This document shows positions 23,369-24,000 of a stretch of DNA of 24,000 nt, piece after piece. The DNA comes from an uncultured Solirubrobacteraceae bacterium (GTDB taxonomy: Bacteria > Actinomycetota > Thermoleophilia > Solirubrobacterales > Solirubrobacteraceae). How positions within the stretch are numbered: the first letter of the stretch is position 1; each line of letters begins with the position of its first letter. Both the position numbers and the translations under genes were made by a program. The stretch spans positions 446,771-470,770 of the forward strand of contig CAVSQM010000004.1 of assembly GCA_963730115.1 (NCBI GenBank). Reading direction: 5' to 3'. The notes beneath the pieces were generated by a model. It was not told where the DNA came from and did not search any database. It worked only from the letters and a program-made list of their open reading frames with translations.

Positions 23369-24000
23369 TCGAGAGCACCTCCTTCGCCAGCTGGCGATAG
23401 GCGTCGGCAGCGGAGCCCGACGGGTCGTACTTCAGCACCGACATTCCCTTTACGGGGGCCTCCGCGAAGCGGATCGTCTTGCGGATCCGTGCGCCGAACA
23501 CGCGATCCCCGAAGTTCTCCTCGAGGATCTGGATCGCCTCCTTGGCGTGGAGGGTCCGCGAGTCGACCATCGTCGGCAGGATGCCGGCGATGTCCACGTC
23601 GGGATTGAGGTTCTCGCGGATCATCGAGAGCGTGTTCTGGAGCTGGATCAGCCCCCGCATCGACAGATACTCGCACTGCACGGGGACGATCACCTTGTCG
23701 GCCGCGGTCAGCGCGTTGATCGTCAATAGTCCCAGGGACGGCGGCGTATCGATGCAGACGAAGTCGTAGTCCTCGTCAACCACCCGCAGCGCCTTGTCCA
23801 GCGAGCGCTCGCGGCCGATCTTCGTCGACATCGCGATCTCCGCCCCGGCGAGGTCGATCGACGCGCACGCGATGTCGATCTCGCGCTTGCGGACCACCTC
23901 CCGGATGGAGAGGTCGTGCACGAGCACGTCGTACATCGACTTCTCGAGCCCGTCGGGGTCGATGCCCTGCGACATCGTGAGGTTGCCCTGCGGGTCCATG
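23358..24000 (-). CDS. ParA/Soj-family ATPase, C-terminal ~213 aa (gene continues beyond window end)
   Basis: (D)PQGNLT..., DFVCIDTPPSLGLLTINALTAADKVIVPVQCEYLSMRGL, ILPTMVDSRT, IRKTIRFAEAPVKGMSVLKYDPSGSAADAYRQLAKEVL. The Walker A region is outside the window. Confidence 0.85.
   Translation of the reverse strand, partial: MDPQGNLTMSQGIDPDGLEKSMYDVLVHDLSIREVVRKREIDIACASIDLAGAEIAMSTKIGRERSLDKALRVVDEDYDFVCIDTPPSLGLLTINALTAADKVIVPVQCEYLSMRGLIQLQNTLSMIRENLNPDVDIAGILPTMVDSRTLHAKEAIQILEENFGDRVFGARIRKTIRFAEAPVKGMSVLKYDPSGSAADAYRQLAKEVLSNGR

Overview
This is a very GC-rich (about 70%+ by eye), tightly packed chromosomal segment of actinobacterial type. Supporting features are an Rpf-like gene behind a ydaO-type c-di-AMP riboswitch, -10-like TANNNT hexamers next to start codons, and many GTGA/ATGA start-stop overlaps. 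I found no rRNA, tRNA, CRISPR array, transposase or integrase.

Gene order, left to right:
- MFS efflux pump fragment (-), divergent from a CGNR zinc-finger regulator (+)
- Minus-strand operon: thiolase, HAD-IB hydrolase, acyl-CoA dehydrogenase, YdeI-like protein
- pepA (+)
- Two tandem paralogous 226-aa membrane proteins (+)
- A second acyl-CoA dehydrogenase (+)
- Membrane GGDEF cyclase (-)
- GT-C-like polytopic membrane protein (+)
- MeaB/ArgK GTPase (-)
- Hexapeptide acetyltransferase (+)
- Rpf-like muralytic protein (-)
- Minus-strand operon: photolyase, SAM-methyltransferase, GH57 glucan enzyme
- LON-N-domain protein (+)
- DsrE-like protein and lipoprotein (-), divergent from a TusA-like protein (+)
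- LacI-family regulator (+)
- Cytoplasmic GGT-like protein (-)
- ParA/Soj-like ATPase followed by FtsZ (-)

Most interesting observations:
1. FtsZ carries a ~90-aa N-terminal extension. Its first residues look like a ParB-type ParA-interaction peptide, and the gene is translationally coupled to the ParA-like gene.
2. A ~145-nt imperfect-palindromic intergenic repeat occurs twice. One copy supplies the last codons and the stop of the TusA-like gene.
3. The two tandem membrane-protein paralogs share a near-identical 40-nt 3' block.
4. The convergent LacI and GGT genes meet head-on, and neither has a stop codon where homology ends.
5. At least 11 apparent +1 insertions, mostly in short G/C runs, break seven otherwise conserved genes. 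These are most likely sequence or assembly errors. They include a pepA ORF that looks intact only because three insertions sum to +3.

All homology statements come from reading the translations by eye. No database search was possible.
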